From assembly GCA_035544015.1 (NCBI GenBank), contig DATKIP010000093.1, positions 281,454-345,453 of the forward strand: 64,000 bases of DNA, read 5' to 3'. Source of the stretch: Candidatus Saccharimonadia bacterium. Its GTDB lineage: Bacteria > Patescibacteriota > Saccharimonadia > UBA4664. Position 1 is the stretch's first letter, and every line of letters begins with the position of its first letter. Made by a program: the position numbers and the translations under genes. This document shows positions 39,685 to 49,900 of the stretch, piece by piece. Below the pieces are notes generated by a model. It searched no databases. It worked only from the letters and a program-made list of their open reading frames with translations, and was not told the DNA's origin.

Positions 39685-39738
39685 GTCTTGGCTCCTTGTA
39701 GCAATAATTAATCATCTCACGTTCCCCCAAAAATACCA

Positions 39739-41019
39739 TTACCGCTTGCGATTACCCCGCCTCAGCCGTGGCCCCCAAGCCGCCATGGCCATGCCGCACC
39801 CACCCGCCACGATATGCCCCACCAGCCAAGCCCAGGCCGCCCACACCAGCCCACGCCCCGTCCAGGCCAACGCCAACCCAATAATGACCGTCGCAAACAC
39901 CACGTTCATCGCAATAATGCTATAAATCTGCTTGCGCACCCGCAACAACACCACCGCCACGGTATAAACAGCCAACGCTGGCGCTGCCAGCGCCAAAACC
40001 GCCAGCGTGGTGCTCGCTTCCAAACTGTAAGTTTTACCAAACACCAAGAGCAACCACGGCGAACACAGCGCCAGTAAGGCCGATGCCGGCACCATAATCA
40101 GCGCCAATATCGTCACGGCCCGGCGCACCAACACCGCCAGCTCTTCCTCCGAATGCGAACCCTCCGCAAACAACGACTGCGCCACCGAATAGGCCGTAGT
40201 GTATAGCAAGTTCGCCACCATAAACGCCAGGTAAAAGTACCCCGCCTCGGCCGCCCCCAGCCGGTTTACCACTACCAGCGGCAGGGCCATCGTCGGCGCA
40301 ATATTCAGGCAATTTGCCACATAATTCGCCGATGCAAAGCTAAAAACCCGCCCCACCACCGCCCGATGAATCCGCCACTCCGGCCGATACGAAAACCGCC
40401 TCACCATATAGTACACACTCAGCCCCAGCGCCAAAACCGCCGCCACCCCCGAAGCGAAGAAAATTCCGTAGGCGCCCAGCCCAATCACCGCCACCGGCAG
40501 CATCAACTTGGCCAAGCTCATAATGCTGTTGATCAGCAAATTATACTGACTTGCCCGATACGCTATAAACACGCTGTCGGTCAGCAAATTTATGGCTGCC
40601 ATCGCCGCCAGCACCACAAAACCCAGCGCAAACCAGGCATTCGTACGCACAAAATCAAGCCGAGGCGCGAGCCACGGCAACAGCCCCACGTACGCCGCCG
40701 AAATTACCACCGCCGTCCCCGCCACCAGCAACAAACCCGTATTAAGCTCCTCGTTGCGCTCAATGCTCTTGGGCAAAAACCGTATAAAGGCGCTGTTCAC
40801 GCCCAACAAACTAAAATACGAAATGAGCGTCATGCCCGATATCAAGGCCGTCCCGTAGCCGATCTGGTCGGGAGTAAACAGCCGCGCACACAACCACCAA
40901 AAACCAAAGCCCAACACCGACATCACAGCCGTGCTCAACATCAAAAAAAATGAGTTGCGAAACAGGCTGTCTGAACGAAGATGATGAACAATCCGAGATG
41001 GAGAAACAAGCGATATCAT
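39739..41019 (-). CDS. Oligosaccharide flippase (Wzx/MOP family)
   Basis: About 12 TM segments. RNSFFL, ARL...G, IRFLP, A.YFYLA. Confidence 0.85.
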   Translation of the reverse strand: MISLVSPSRIVHHLRSDSLFRNSFFLMLSTAVMSVLGFGFWWLCARLFTPDQIGYGTALISGMTLISYFSLLGVNSAFIRFLPKSIERNEELNTGLLLVAGTAVVISAAYVGLLPWLAPRLDFVRTNAWFALGFVVLAAMAAINLLTDSVFIAYRASQYNLLINSIMSLAKLMLPVAVIGLGAYGIFFASGVAAVLALGLSVYYMVRRFSYRPEWRIHRAVVGRVFSFASANYVANCLNIAPTMALPLVVVNRLGAAEAGYFYLAFMVANLLYTTAYSVAQSLFAEGSHSEEELAVLVRRAVTILALIMVPASALLALCSPWLLLVFGKTYSLEASTTLAVLALAAPALAVYTVAVVLLRVRKQIYSIIAMNVVFATVIIGLALAWTGRGLVWAAWAWLVGHIVAGGCGMAMAAWGPRLRRGNRKR

Positions 41020-41112
41020 AAGCAAGAAAAATGGCGGCTTGCGCCACCAGCCTCAAAAATATAGCACAAGCACCCCAGAGTGTCTACCGAAAGCCCTAAT
41101 CCAACTCCCGCC

Positions 41113-42549
41113 CTACGCCGCCGCCAACTCCCGCACCTGCCCGGCCGAGAGGGGAGTCACTGCCCGCCGATTGCGCGGGTTCTCCAGAAATTGCCGGATA
41201 ATCTTGTACCGATCCAGATCAAACCGCCGCACCTCCGGCTCCGACTCCACCGTGCCGTCCTCCAGCTCCCGCAGTCGCACCACCAAGCACCAGCCGTCCA
41301 CCACAAAGCCCACCGAGCCCTCCAGAGCGTCATGACGCTCCCGAATGAGTACCGGGCCGGCATACGGCCACGTCGCAATCTTCTGACGCTCAAACGCATA
41401 CGCAAACCGCTCGTTGTACTCAGCCGCCGGCATCACGCCCTCGCAGGCCCCATCACACTTGCCTAGTTGGCGCAAAAAACACGCCCGGGACGTCCGCTCC
41501 AGCCCCAGCATTTTCGGGCACAACCGGTACCGCTCCACGAGGGCCTGGAGTGAACGCCGAGCCCGACCCTGCGTCGCGTACACCGCCAACAGCCGCTCCG
41601 CCGCCTCGGGCGTAATGTCGCGCGCATCCGCCAGCTCCACGCTCGCGTACCCTTCGGGCGTCACCACCCCGAGCACCAGGGTCATCAGCTCGCGCTGTCG
41701 CAGCATCCGATTGTACTGCGGCCGCAAATCCTTGATCATATCCGATTCCAGAAGCAGCGCACTCAGTTCGCCGTGCGTCGGCACCGCGCGCAGCCGCCGC
41801 ACCGTTTGCGCCAGCTTCATCTCCATCCCGCGGCCATAATCCGAGGCGAAATGATTCATCACCCGCCGCCGCACCGTCACGCTTTTGCCTACGTACAGCG
41901 GCGCCCCCTCCCCATCCTCGAAAACGTACACCCCCGGCCCCTCGGGCAACGCCGCCACCTGAGCCGCATCAAGCTGGCTCGGCACCGACGGCGTACCCAG
42001 CTGCGCCTTCACCGCCGCCTCCACCGTATCCAGATCAAATTCCGCCAAACACAATCGCCAAAATTGCCACAAACAATGCGCATCGTCGTACGCCCGGTGC
42101 CGCACCGGCGCGCGCAAACCATGCCGCTCAATCAACGCCGCCAGCTTGTGGCTCTTAAACTGCGGGAACAATCGCCGGCTCAGCCGCACCGTACACAGCA
42201 ACGGCGGCCGAAACACCGCTCCCAGCCGCTCAAATTCCATTTTCAAAAATGCATAATCAAACCGCACATTGTGCGCCACAAACACCGCACCATCCAGGAT
42301 CTCCGCCAACTCATCCGCAATCTGCCCAAACCGCGGCGACTCCGCCACATCCGCGTCGGTGATCCCCGTGAGCCCCGTGATAAAACTCGGCACCGCCGCG
42401 TCCGGATGCAGCAGCGTTTGGTACGTCGCCACCACCCGACCGCCCTCCACCCGCATCACCGCCACCTCCAGCACTCGGCTGTTGAAATGGCTGCCGCCAG
42501 TGGTCTCAATATCGACAAACGCTAATGGCTGATGGAGTATGCTGCTCAC
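41113..42549 (-). CDS. DEDDh 3'-5' exonuclease (DnaQ-like) fused to a GIY-YIG (UvrC/Cho-like) nuclease
   Basis: DIETTG, AHNVRFD, HRAYDD, then PGVY...LYVGKS..VRRRV..HF. GTG start 6 nt after TATCAT. Confidence 0.9.
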   Translation of the reverse strand: MSSILHQPLAFVDIETTGGSHFNSRVLEVAVMRVEGGRVVATYQTLLHPDAAVPSFITGLTGITDADVAESPRFGQIADELAEILDGAVFVAHNVRFDYAFLKMEFERLGAVFRPPLLCTVRLSRRLFPQFKSHKLAALIERHGLRAPVRHRAYDDAHCLWQFWRLCLAEFDLDTVEAAVKAQLGTPSVPSQLDAAQVAALPEGPGVYVFEDGEGAPLYVGKSVTVRRRVMNHFASDYGRGMEMKLAQTVRRLRAVPTHGELSALLLESDMIKDLRPQYNRMLRQRELMTLVLGVVTPEGYASVELADARDITPEAAERLLAVYATQGRARRSLQALVERYRLCPKMLGLERTSRACFLRQLGKCDGACEGVMPAAEYNERFAYAFERQKIATWPYAGPVLIRERHDALEGSVGFVVDGWCLVVRLRELEDGTVESEPEVRRFDLDRYKIIRQFLENPRNRRAVTPLSAGQVRELAAA

Positions 42550-42615
42550 GTTCTCATGATACAACAGCGAACGAATGCCGAACAGCGCATCCGATAACTG
42601 CAATAAGTCAACCAA

Positions 42616-42636
42616 ATATTGCTTATCAAGCAATAT
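42616..42636. promoter_or_regulatory. 9-3-9 palindrome, putative operator
   Basis: ATATTGCTT-ATC-AAGCAATAT. Confidence 0.55.
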
Positions 42637-42685
42637 GATACCGGTCGAGCTGTAATAATTATGCTAGATTCACTACAATAAAATT

Positions 42686-42907
42686 ATGCCAACAGAATCT
42701 CACATCGAAGAAACGCCCAAGGACGACGGGACCGTAAGCGAGAAGCTCGTAGTCGAATTTAGCAATGGATCGCTCCAGCAACTCCGCGAGCTGGGCGCCT
42801 TCCTGAAGATTCAAAGTGAAGACCCTTATGAAGTAATCAAGTATGCCATCGGTATTCTAGAGAACGTAAGAGAGTCAAACGAAAAGAAACATATTTCCGA
42901 AGGCTAA
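42686..42907 (+). CDS. Small hypothetical protein, RHH-like pattern
   Basis: Strand LVVEF plus two amphipathic helices. Low GC. TACAAT 6 nt before ATG. Confidence 0.6.
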   Translation: MPTESHIEETPKDDGTVSEKLVVEFSNGSLQQLRELGAFLKIQSEDPYEVIKYAIGILENVRESNEKKHISEG

Positions 42908-42909
42908 AC

Positions 42910-43206
42910 ATGAGCAATACTAACCGGCAAGTTTCAGAAAAGGTTCCTGCCATTTCCCTTGACGGAACCATTGGCGACCAGATTTATGAAGCCCTACAGC
43001 ATGATCGATACAAAGCAAAAATCAACGCAATGATTCTGACTTACACCGGCACGGTAGAATTTGAAGAACTAATAATGAAGTATGCGGGGAAAGAATATGA
43101 CAATCGAATTCTCAAGAGCGGACGGTTTTGGTTCTCGACCATTGCGGTTACGGTCGTAACATCGCTCATATCCGCAGTAATCGCAGTCCTCATCGCAAAG
43201 CATTAG
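42910..43206 (+). CDS. Small hypothetical protein with C-terminal TM helix
   Basis: 98 aa, starts 2 nt after the previous stop, low GC. Confidence 0.6.
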   Translation: MSNTNRQVSEKVPAISLDGTIGDQIYEALQHDRYKAKINAMILTYTGTVEFEELIMKYAGKEYDNRILKSGRFWFSTIAVTVVTSLISAVIAVLIAKH

Positions 43207-43213
43207 TTTTCCG

Positions 43214-43972
43214 TCACGCCGCGGGCAAATCCGCAAACACACCGCACATCAACTCATACACCTCATCGCGCAACGACTCCGGGGTGTGTTTGTCGGTCGC
43301 CAGCACCACCACGCCCTCGCCCGGATCACCCGGATGCCGCAATGCCCCGTGCTCACGCGTACGATCGCGCTCATCGCGTTCCACGATCTCTTCGAGCGTA
43401 TGCTCGCGCGACCGCTGCGCCGCCACCTCGGGTGCCACCACCAGCAGCAGCTTCAGCGGCGCATCCGGCACCACGGTGTGGCCGATGTCGCGACCGTCAA
43501 TCAACACAAAACCATCAAATTCGTTAATTTGCCGCCGCACCAATTCCGTCTCCCACTCGCGCACCGGCAGGTGCAATCCCGCGATCGAGGCCCCCGTGCC
43601 CACCCCCGGGCCCTTGAGCTGCTCGTCCACCTCGGCCGGCACGCCGTCGATCCACACCACACCACCATGCAGCTCAATTTGCCGCTGTCGCGCCAGCTTC
43701 AAAAACTCGTCGGCCGACATCTCGCGCACCAGCGCCAGCGCCGCATGGTTGATCTGCTCCGGCGTCATGTCGGCCCGACCCACCACCATATCGGCCGCCG
43801 CCTCCAGAGCCGCATACGCCACGGCCCGGTAAATCGACCCCGTCGACACATGCACCACCGGCACGCCCTTCGAACGCAGCAAAATCGCCAGCTCCTCGAT
43901 GAGCCGGCCCTTGCCGGTGGCCGTTCCGCCATCTACGGCTACTACTTTGCGGTTGCTTAATTCAATATCCAT
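43214..43972 (-). CDS. cmk: Cytidylate kinase
   Basis: AVDGGTATGKG, STGSIYRA, DGRDIG..V.PDA.LK, ERDERD. Confidence 0.88.
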   Translation of the reverse strand: MDIELSNRKVVAVDGGTATGKGRLIEELAILLRSKGVPVVHVSTGSIYRAVAYAALEAAADMVVGRADMTPEQINHAALALVREMSADEFLKLARQRQIELHGGVVWIDGVPAEVDEQLKGPGVGTGASIAGLHLPVREWETELVRRQINEFDGFVLIDGRDIGHTVVPDAPLKLLLVVAPEVAAQRSREHTLEEIVERDERDRTREHGALRHPGDPGEGVVVLATDKHTPESLRDEVYELMCGVFADLPAA

Positions 43973-44034
43973 GTCGCGCCTATTCTGACACACCCTCACC
44001 TTTATCGTCAAAACCTGGCATAATGAAACCCGTT

Positions 44035-44847
44035 ATGAAAATCGGCATCTTCGACTCGGGCCTCGGCGGCCTCATCATCACCCACAGCCTCACCCAAGCG
44101 CTCCCCGAGTACGATTACCTCTACCTCGGCGACACCGCTCGCGTACCCTATGGCAACCGTTCCGCCCAAACCATCTACGAATTTACCCGCCAGTCCGTCG
44201 AATACCTGTTTGCCCAAGACTGCGGGCTGATTATTATTGCCTGCAACACTGCCTCGGCCGAGGCCCTACGCCGCATCCAGCGCGACTACCTGCCGACCCA
44301 CTACCCTCAGCGGCGCGTGCTTGGGGTGCTCATCCCAGCTGCCGAAGCCGCCGTTGCCGCCAGCGCCGGTGGGCACATTGGCGTTATCGCCACCACCGGC
44401 ACCATCACCTCCCGCGCCTTCGACCGCGAACTCCGCAAACTGCGCCCCACACTCAAAATCACTCGGCAAGCCGCACCGCTCCTCGTGCCGCTCATCGAAG
44501 ACGGCGGTGCCCAGTGGGCCGAACAAGTGCTGGCGCAATATCTGGAACCATTGCGGGGCGTCGACACCCTCATTTTAGGCTGCACCCATTATCCCTATCT
44601 CAAGACTCAATTCCGCGAGCAAATGGGGGAGCACGTCACGGTCATCTCCCAAGACGAATTCATCCCCCAAAAACTCACCGAGTATCTGGGGCGCCACCGC
44701 GAGCTAGCCCACCAGCTTTCGCGCGGCGGCACCCATACATTTCAAGTTACCGACCTCACCCCGCAAGCCCACCAGCTCGGCAAGGAGCTCTACGGCGAAG
44801 CCATTTATCTCGACCTCGTAACGCTCCCCGCCGCCGACAAGCCCTAG
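44035..44847 (+). CDS. murI: Glutamate racemase
   Basis: FDSGLGG, PYG, IACNTAS, LGCTHY. Alternative ATG at 44023. Confidence 0.96.
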   Translation: MKIGIFDSGLGGLIITHSLTQALPEYDYLYLGDTARVPYGNRSAQTIYEFTRQSVEYLFAQDCGLIIIACNTASAEALRRIQRDYLPTHYPQRRVLGVLIPAAEAAVAASAGGHIGVIATTGTITSRAFDRELRKLRPTLKITRQAAPLLVPLIEDGGAQWAEQVLAQYLEPLRGVDTLILGCTHYPYLKTQFREQMGEHVTVISQDEFIPQKLTEYLGRHRELAHQLSRGGTHTFQVTDLTPQAHQLGKELYGEAIYLDLVTLPAADKP

Positions 44848-45485
44848 TAGCAGGTACTAGGCCACGGGCTGCAACCGCGCCGGTCATACAGCATCTGCGC
44901 CCGCATATCCTGCTCGGCCGGGCTGGCGTCCGACGGCAGCCCTGAGCCTCCCACGCCCTGCCATGTGCCCAAGCTAAACTGATACGCACCATAATACCCG
45001 TTGCCAGTGTTAGTAGCGTAATTACCACCCGACTCACGCGCCCGTACCCGCGCCAGTATCCCGTCGGCACCAGCCGCATAATTGGCCGGCGCCACGCTGC
45101 GACGGGCCACGGGCGCTGCCACCGCCGCCGACGCCGGCGGTGGCAGCGCCACGCCTTCCGGCAGGGGCCGGTCGGGCACCGGGCCAGTCGGCACAATCAA
45201 CTTCTGACCTTCATAAATCAAATCAGGGTCCTGCACATCGGGGTTGGCATTCCACAACGGTCGCCAGGTCTCCAGCTGCTCACTCGTCGCGATGATCGAC
45301 AAGCTGTCACCCGCCGCCACCGTATGGGTTTTGGGTGCCGGCGGCGCTTCCACTGGCTTAGCCACCGCCGCCAAAACCACTTTGGGGCTCGGCGTCGGAG
45401 TGGCCGGCTTGCTCGGCAGCCATCCAAACGACAACGCCGCGCCAAAATTCAAAATCGTTATCGTCGCCAAAAAAGTCTGAACCAT
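44844..45485 (-). CDS. LysM + Rpf/transglycosylase-like secreted protein
   Basis: LysM HTVAAGDSLS..PDLIYEGQKL. Rpf-like RESGGNY..NTGNGYYGAYQF...TW...EQD...PW. Confidence 0.9.
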   Translation of the reverse strand: MVQTFLATITILNFGAALSFGWLPSKPATPTPSPKVVLAAVAKPVEAPPAPKTHTVAAGDSLSIIATSEQLETWRPLWNANPDVQDPDLIYEGQKLIVPTGPVPDRPLPEGVALPPPASAAVAAPVARRSVAPANYAAGADGILARVRARESGGNYATNTGNGYYGAYQFSLGTWQGVGGSGLPSDASPAEQDMRAQMLYDRRGCSPWPSTCY

Positions 45486-45794
45486 GTCTTCTTTCCCTCA
45501 TTAAACACGTGGGGAAAGGCTCCTGCATATCTGCACACAGCAACCCACCGCACACAACTTCTTCACACAAAGCGGAACCCTACAGCAATTAAAAAACTCT
45601 GCAATAATGCAAAGTCATAAAAATTCACGCAACGCTACGCCGTAAGCTTTGTGATTAAGCACAAGAACAAGGTTAATACGCTTATGCTTAAAATGCTTCT
45701 GTAAAGACCTCAAAAATGGCATAAAAGCCTAGCTTTATCACAAAAAACCTGCCCTTCTTACTTTCAGTGGGTCAAAATCAAACACTACCATTAC

Positions 45795-45863
45795 GTGGGT
45801 AGAAAGCCATCGCCGCCACGCTTTCGCCGCCAAGCCCTTGTCAGAACAAAAACAGTTTGCTAA
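45795..45863 (+). CDS. Putative Arg-rich leader peptide MGRKPSPPRFRRQALVRTKTVC
   Basis: GTG..TAA, 22 aa with 5 Arg. CGC TTT CGC CGC lies on the anti-SD strand. Confidence 0.45.
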   Translation: MGRKPSPPRFRRQALVRTKTVC

Positions 45864-45878
45864 TCTGGTGGAGGCGTG
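45817..45878 (+). promoter_or_regulatory. Anti-SD helix sequestering the carA RBS and start
   Basis: CACGCTTTCGCCG (45817-29) pairs with TGGTGGAGGCGTG (45866-78): 13 bp, 4 G-U. Confidence 0.5.
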
Positions 45879-46973
45879 AATAATCCGAAGACTACAAACC
45901 AGGTTACCAACACAAGCGGTCGTCCCGATGGGGGCGATTTTTTTGTAACCAAGCCAGGTCGGCTGGTTTTGGAGGGCGGTCAAAGCTTCGCCGGCCAGGT
46001 CCCCGACTGGCACCACGACGGCCTCTCCGGCGAAACCGTCTTCAACACTGGCATGACCGGCTATGTCGAAACCCTCACCGACCCGTCATATTCCGGCCAA
46101 ATTCTAGCATTTACTTATCCGTTACTGGGCAATTACGGCGTACCCGACGCCGGCACCTGGGAAAGCCAAAAAATCCATCTGCGCGGGGTGGTCGTGAGCG
46201 AGCTCACACAGGCCTGGAGCCATGTAGGCAGCCTTAAGTCGCTCGGCGCCTGGCTGCGCGAACAAAACATCCCGTTCATCACCGGCGTCGACACCCGCGC
46301 GCTCACCAAATACCTCCGCACCCGCGGCACCATGACCGGCCTCATCACCACCGCCGACCGGCCGCGACTAGCCGGACGAGCGCCCGCCAAAGTTTCAATT
46401 GAAGCCCCCCGCATCTACAACCCCGGTAAGTCTAAAACCGTCATCGCTGTGGACTGCGGCATGAAAGAAAACATCATCCGCCACTTGGTAGGGCTGGGCC
46501 TCACGGTAAAGCGCGTGCCGCACAACTACGACTACACCGCCGACGCCTACGACGGCGTTTTCATCTCCAACGGCCCCGGCGATCCCACCGATTACCAGGA
46601 AGCCACCGCCATACTCCGGCGGGCACTAGCCGGCACCAAGCCTGTCTTCGGCATCTGCCTCGGCGCGCAGCTCATGGCGCTGGCGGCCGGTGGCTCCACC
46701 TACAAACTCCGCTTCGGCCACCGCGGCCACAACCAACCGGCCGTCACCCCCGAGGGGCGCGGCTACATCACGAGCCAAAACCACGGCTACGCGGTCGCCG
46801 AGGATTCGCTGCCGGCAGATTGGCGCGTCACCTTCCGCAATCTCAACGATAATTCGGTCGAGGGCATCGCCCACCGCCACAAACCCTTCTTCGCCGTCCA
46901 ATTCCACCCCGAAGCCGCCCCCGGACCCACCGACACAGCCTGGCTGTTTGACGAATTTAGGAAGATGCTATGA
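45876..46973 (+). CDS. carA: Carbamoyl-phosphate synthase small subunit
   Basis: GETVFNTGMTGY.E.LTDPSY.GQI, SNGPGDP, GICLG, HRGHNQP, QFHPE. Confidence 0.96.
   Translation: MNNPKTTNQVTNTSGRPDGGDFFVTKPGRLVLEGGQSFAGQVPDWHHDGLSGETVFNTGMTGYVETLTDPSYSGQILAFTYPLLGNYGVPDAGTWESQKIHLRGVVVSELTQAWSHVGSLKSLGAWLREQNIPFITGVDTRALTKYLRTRGTMTGLITTADRPRLAGRAPAKVSIEAPRIYNPGKSKTVIAVDCGMKENIIRHLVGLGLTVKRVPHNYDYTADAYDGVFISNGPGDPTDYQEATAILRRALAGTKPVFGICLGAQLMALAAGGSTYKLRFGHRGHNQPAVTPEGRGYITSQNHGYAVAEDSLPADWRVTFRNLNDNSVEGIAHRHKPFFAVQFHPEAAPGPTDTAWLFDEFRKML
45919..45944 (+). terminator. Intrinsic terminator-like hairpin inside the 5' end of carA
   Basis: GTCGTCCC-GATG-GGGGCGAT followed by T7. Confidence 0.6.
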
Positions 46974-49900
46974 CACTCAAATTGCCCAAAAAAGTCCTCA
47001 TTCTCGGCTCTGGCGGGCTCAAAATCGGCCAAGCCGGGGAGTTCGACTATTCCGGCTCCCAGGCCATTATGGCCTTCAAAGAAGAAGGCATCAAAACCGT
47101 TCTCATCAACCCCAACATCGCCACGGTCCAAACCGATGGCGACATGGCCGACACCGTTTATTTCCAACCTCTCACCGCCGAGATCGTCACGCGCATCATC
47201 GAAGCCGAGCGCCCCGAAGCCATCGCGCTGAGCTTCGGCGGTCAAACCGCGCTCAACCTCGGCCTGGCGCTCCACCACAGCGGCGTGCTCGCCCGTCACA
47301 ACGTGCGCATCCTCGGCACCCCCATCACCGCCGTGGAAATCACCGAAGACCGCGAGAAATTCAAGCAAGCGCTGGCCGAAATCGACGTCCACACCGCTCG
47401 CAGCACCAGTGTCTACACCGTGGATGAGGCGCTGGCCGCTGCGGCCGAAATCGGCTACCCCGTGATGATGCGCGCCGGTTTTAGCCTCGGCGGCCTCGGC
47501 TCCGGCCGCGTCGCCAGCGCCGCTGAGCTCGCCTCCCGCGCCACTGAAGTCTTCCAAGCCACCAGCCAAATCCTCATCGAGGAATTCCTCGGCGGCTGGA
47601 AAGAGATTGAATACGAAGTCGTGCGCGACGCCACCGGCAACGTCATCACCGTTTGCAACATGGAAAACTTCGACCCCATGGGCATTCACACCGGCGAATC
47701 CATCGTGGTGGCGCCCAGCCAAACCCTCACCAACGCTGAATACCACGGCCTACGCGAAGTCGCCATCAAAACCATCCAACACCTCGGCATAGTGGGGGAG
47801 TGCAACATCCAATACGCCCTCGATCCCGCCACCAGCGACTACCGCGTCATCGAAGTGAACGCCCGGCTGAGCCGCTCCAGCGCCCTGGCCTCCAAGGCCA
47901 CCGGCTACCCGCTCGCGTTCGTAGCCGCCAAACTCATGCTCGGCCACACCTTGCCCGAATTAAAAAATGCCGCCACCGGCTCCACCAGCGCCTTCTTCGA
48001 ACCCGCCCTCGATTACCTGGCTGTCAAAATGCCCCGCTGGGACCTCACCAAACTCGGCTCCTCCGACCGCAGCATCGGCTCCGAAATGAAAAGCGTGGGC
48101 GAAGTCATGGCGCTGGGCCGATCGTTTACCGAAGCCCTCCAAAAAGCCGTGCGCATGACCAACACCGGCGCCTCCGGCCTGAGCGACCATCCGTACGATT
48201 TTGCCCATCCCGAAGCCGAAATCGGCCAAGCCACCGACCACCGGCTCTACGCCCTCTACGACTACCTCAAACAATCCGGCACCGTCGCCGACGCCCACAA
48301 ACGCACCGGCATCGATCCCTGGTTCCTCAGTCAACTCGTGCGCATCGCCGATATCGAGCACCAGCTCACGAGCTCCAGACTCACCCCCGAGCTCATGCGC
48401 CGCGCCAAGCAAAACGGCTTCGCCGACATTACCATCGCCGGTCTCACCAGCACCACCGAAGACACCATTCGCGCCCGCCGGCTCGCCTCCGGCATCAAGC
48501 CCGTCATCAAGCAAATCGACACCCTTGCCGGCGAGTTCGATGCCACCACCAATTACCTCTACACCACCTACCACGGCGATCAAAACGACGTCGATCCCAT
48601 CGGCGCCCGCCCCGCCATCGTGCTCGGCTCGGGCCCGTACTGCATCGGCTCCTCCGTCGAATTCGACTGGTGCGCCGTGGGCGTCGCCGCCACGCTCCGC
48701 CGCAGTGGCCGCCGCACCATCATCGTCAACTCCAACCCCGAAACCGTCTCCACCGACTTCAACCGCTCGGACCGCCTCTACTTCGAGGAACTCACGCTCG
48801 AACGCCTGCGCGACATCGCCGACTTCGAAGCCCCCGCCAACTTCGTGATCTCCGTCGGCGGCCAAATCGCCAATAACCTCGCCGTACCGCTGGCGGACGC
48901 CGGCTACACCATCCTCGGCACCCCCGCCGCCTCCATCGACCAGGCCGAAAACCGCCGCCATTTCTCGAGCATGCTCGGACGCCTCGGCATCGACCAACCC
49001 GAATGGGACGAAGTCACCACCCTGGCCAAGGCCCAAGCCTTTGCCCGCAAGGTCGGTTACCCCGTGCTCATCCGGCCCTCGTACGTGCTCTCGGGCGGCG
49101 CCATGAGCGTGGTTACCACCCCCGAAGAGCTCGCCGGCTACCTCGCCCGCGCCACCAAGCTCTCGCCCGACCACCCCGTGGTCATCTCGCGCTTCATCGA
49201 AGGCGCCAAAGAACTCGAAATCGACGGCGTAGCCGACCACGGCACCATCGTCATCTCCGCCATCTCCGAGCACATCGAAAACGCCGGCGTTCACTCCGGC
49301 GACGCCACCGTAGTACTGCCGCCCCAGCGGCTCTACCTCGAAACCATCCGCCGCGCCAAAAAAATCACCGCGCGCATCATCAGCGAGCTCGACGTCACCG
49401 GCCCCTTCAACATCCAATTTATCGCCAAGGACAATGACCTCAAAGTCATCGAAACCAATGTTCGCGCCAGCCGCAGCTTCCCGTTCGTCAGCAAGGTCAC
49501 CGGCCACAATTTCATCACGATTGCCACCCAAGTCATGTTGGGCACATACAAACCCGAGCACTACGAAACCCTCGAGCTCGATTACGTCGGCGTCAAAAGC
49601 CCTCAATTTTCCTACAACCGTCTCAAAGGCGCCGATCCCGTGGCCGGCGTCGAAATGGCCTCCACCGGCGAAGTCGCCAGCATCGGCCGCAACCTGCTGG
49701 AAGCCTTCTACGCTTCGTGGCTCTCCACCGACCAACCGCTCATCGGCAAACACATCTACATCAGCGTACCCGACGATCAAAAACCCAAAATCGTCGAAGC
49801 TGCTGCCGGCGTCGTCGCAGCCGGGTGGACGATTTTTTCCACCCTCGGTACCCACGACTATCTCGCCGCCCACGGCATCGCCTCCACGCCGCTCTACAAA

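Noticed and set aside
45520-45600. ykkC/guanidine-I riboswitch (TAGGGTTCCGC on -)
   Set aside because: The downstream conserved elements (GGUC.GAG, AAAGCCCG) are absent and the gene context does not fit.
45857-45883. TrpL-like uORF MLIWWRRE before carA
   Set aside because: It has a TTG start with no RBS, the WWR codons are simply the carA SD sequence, and Trp control of carAB makes little sense.
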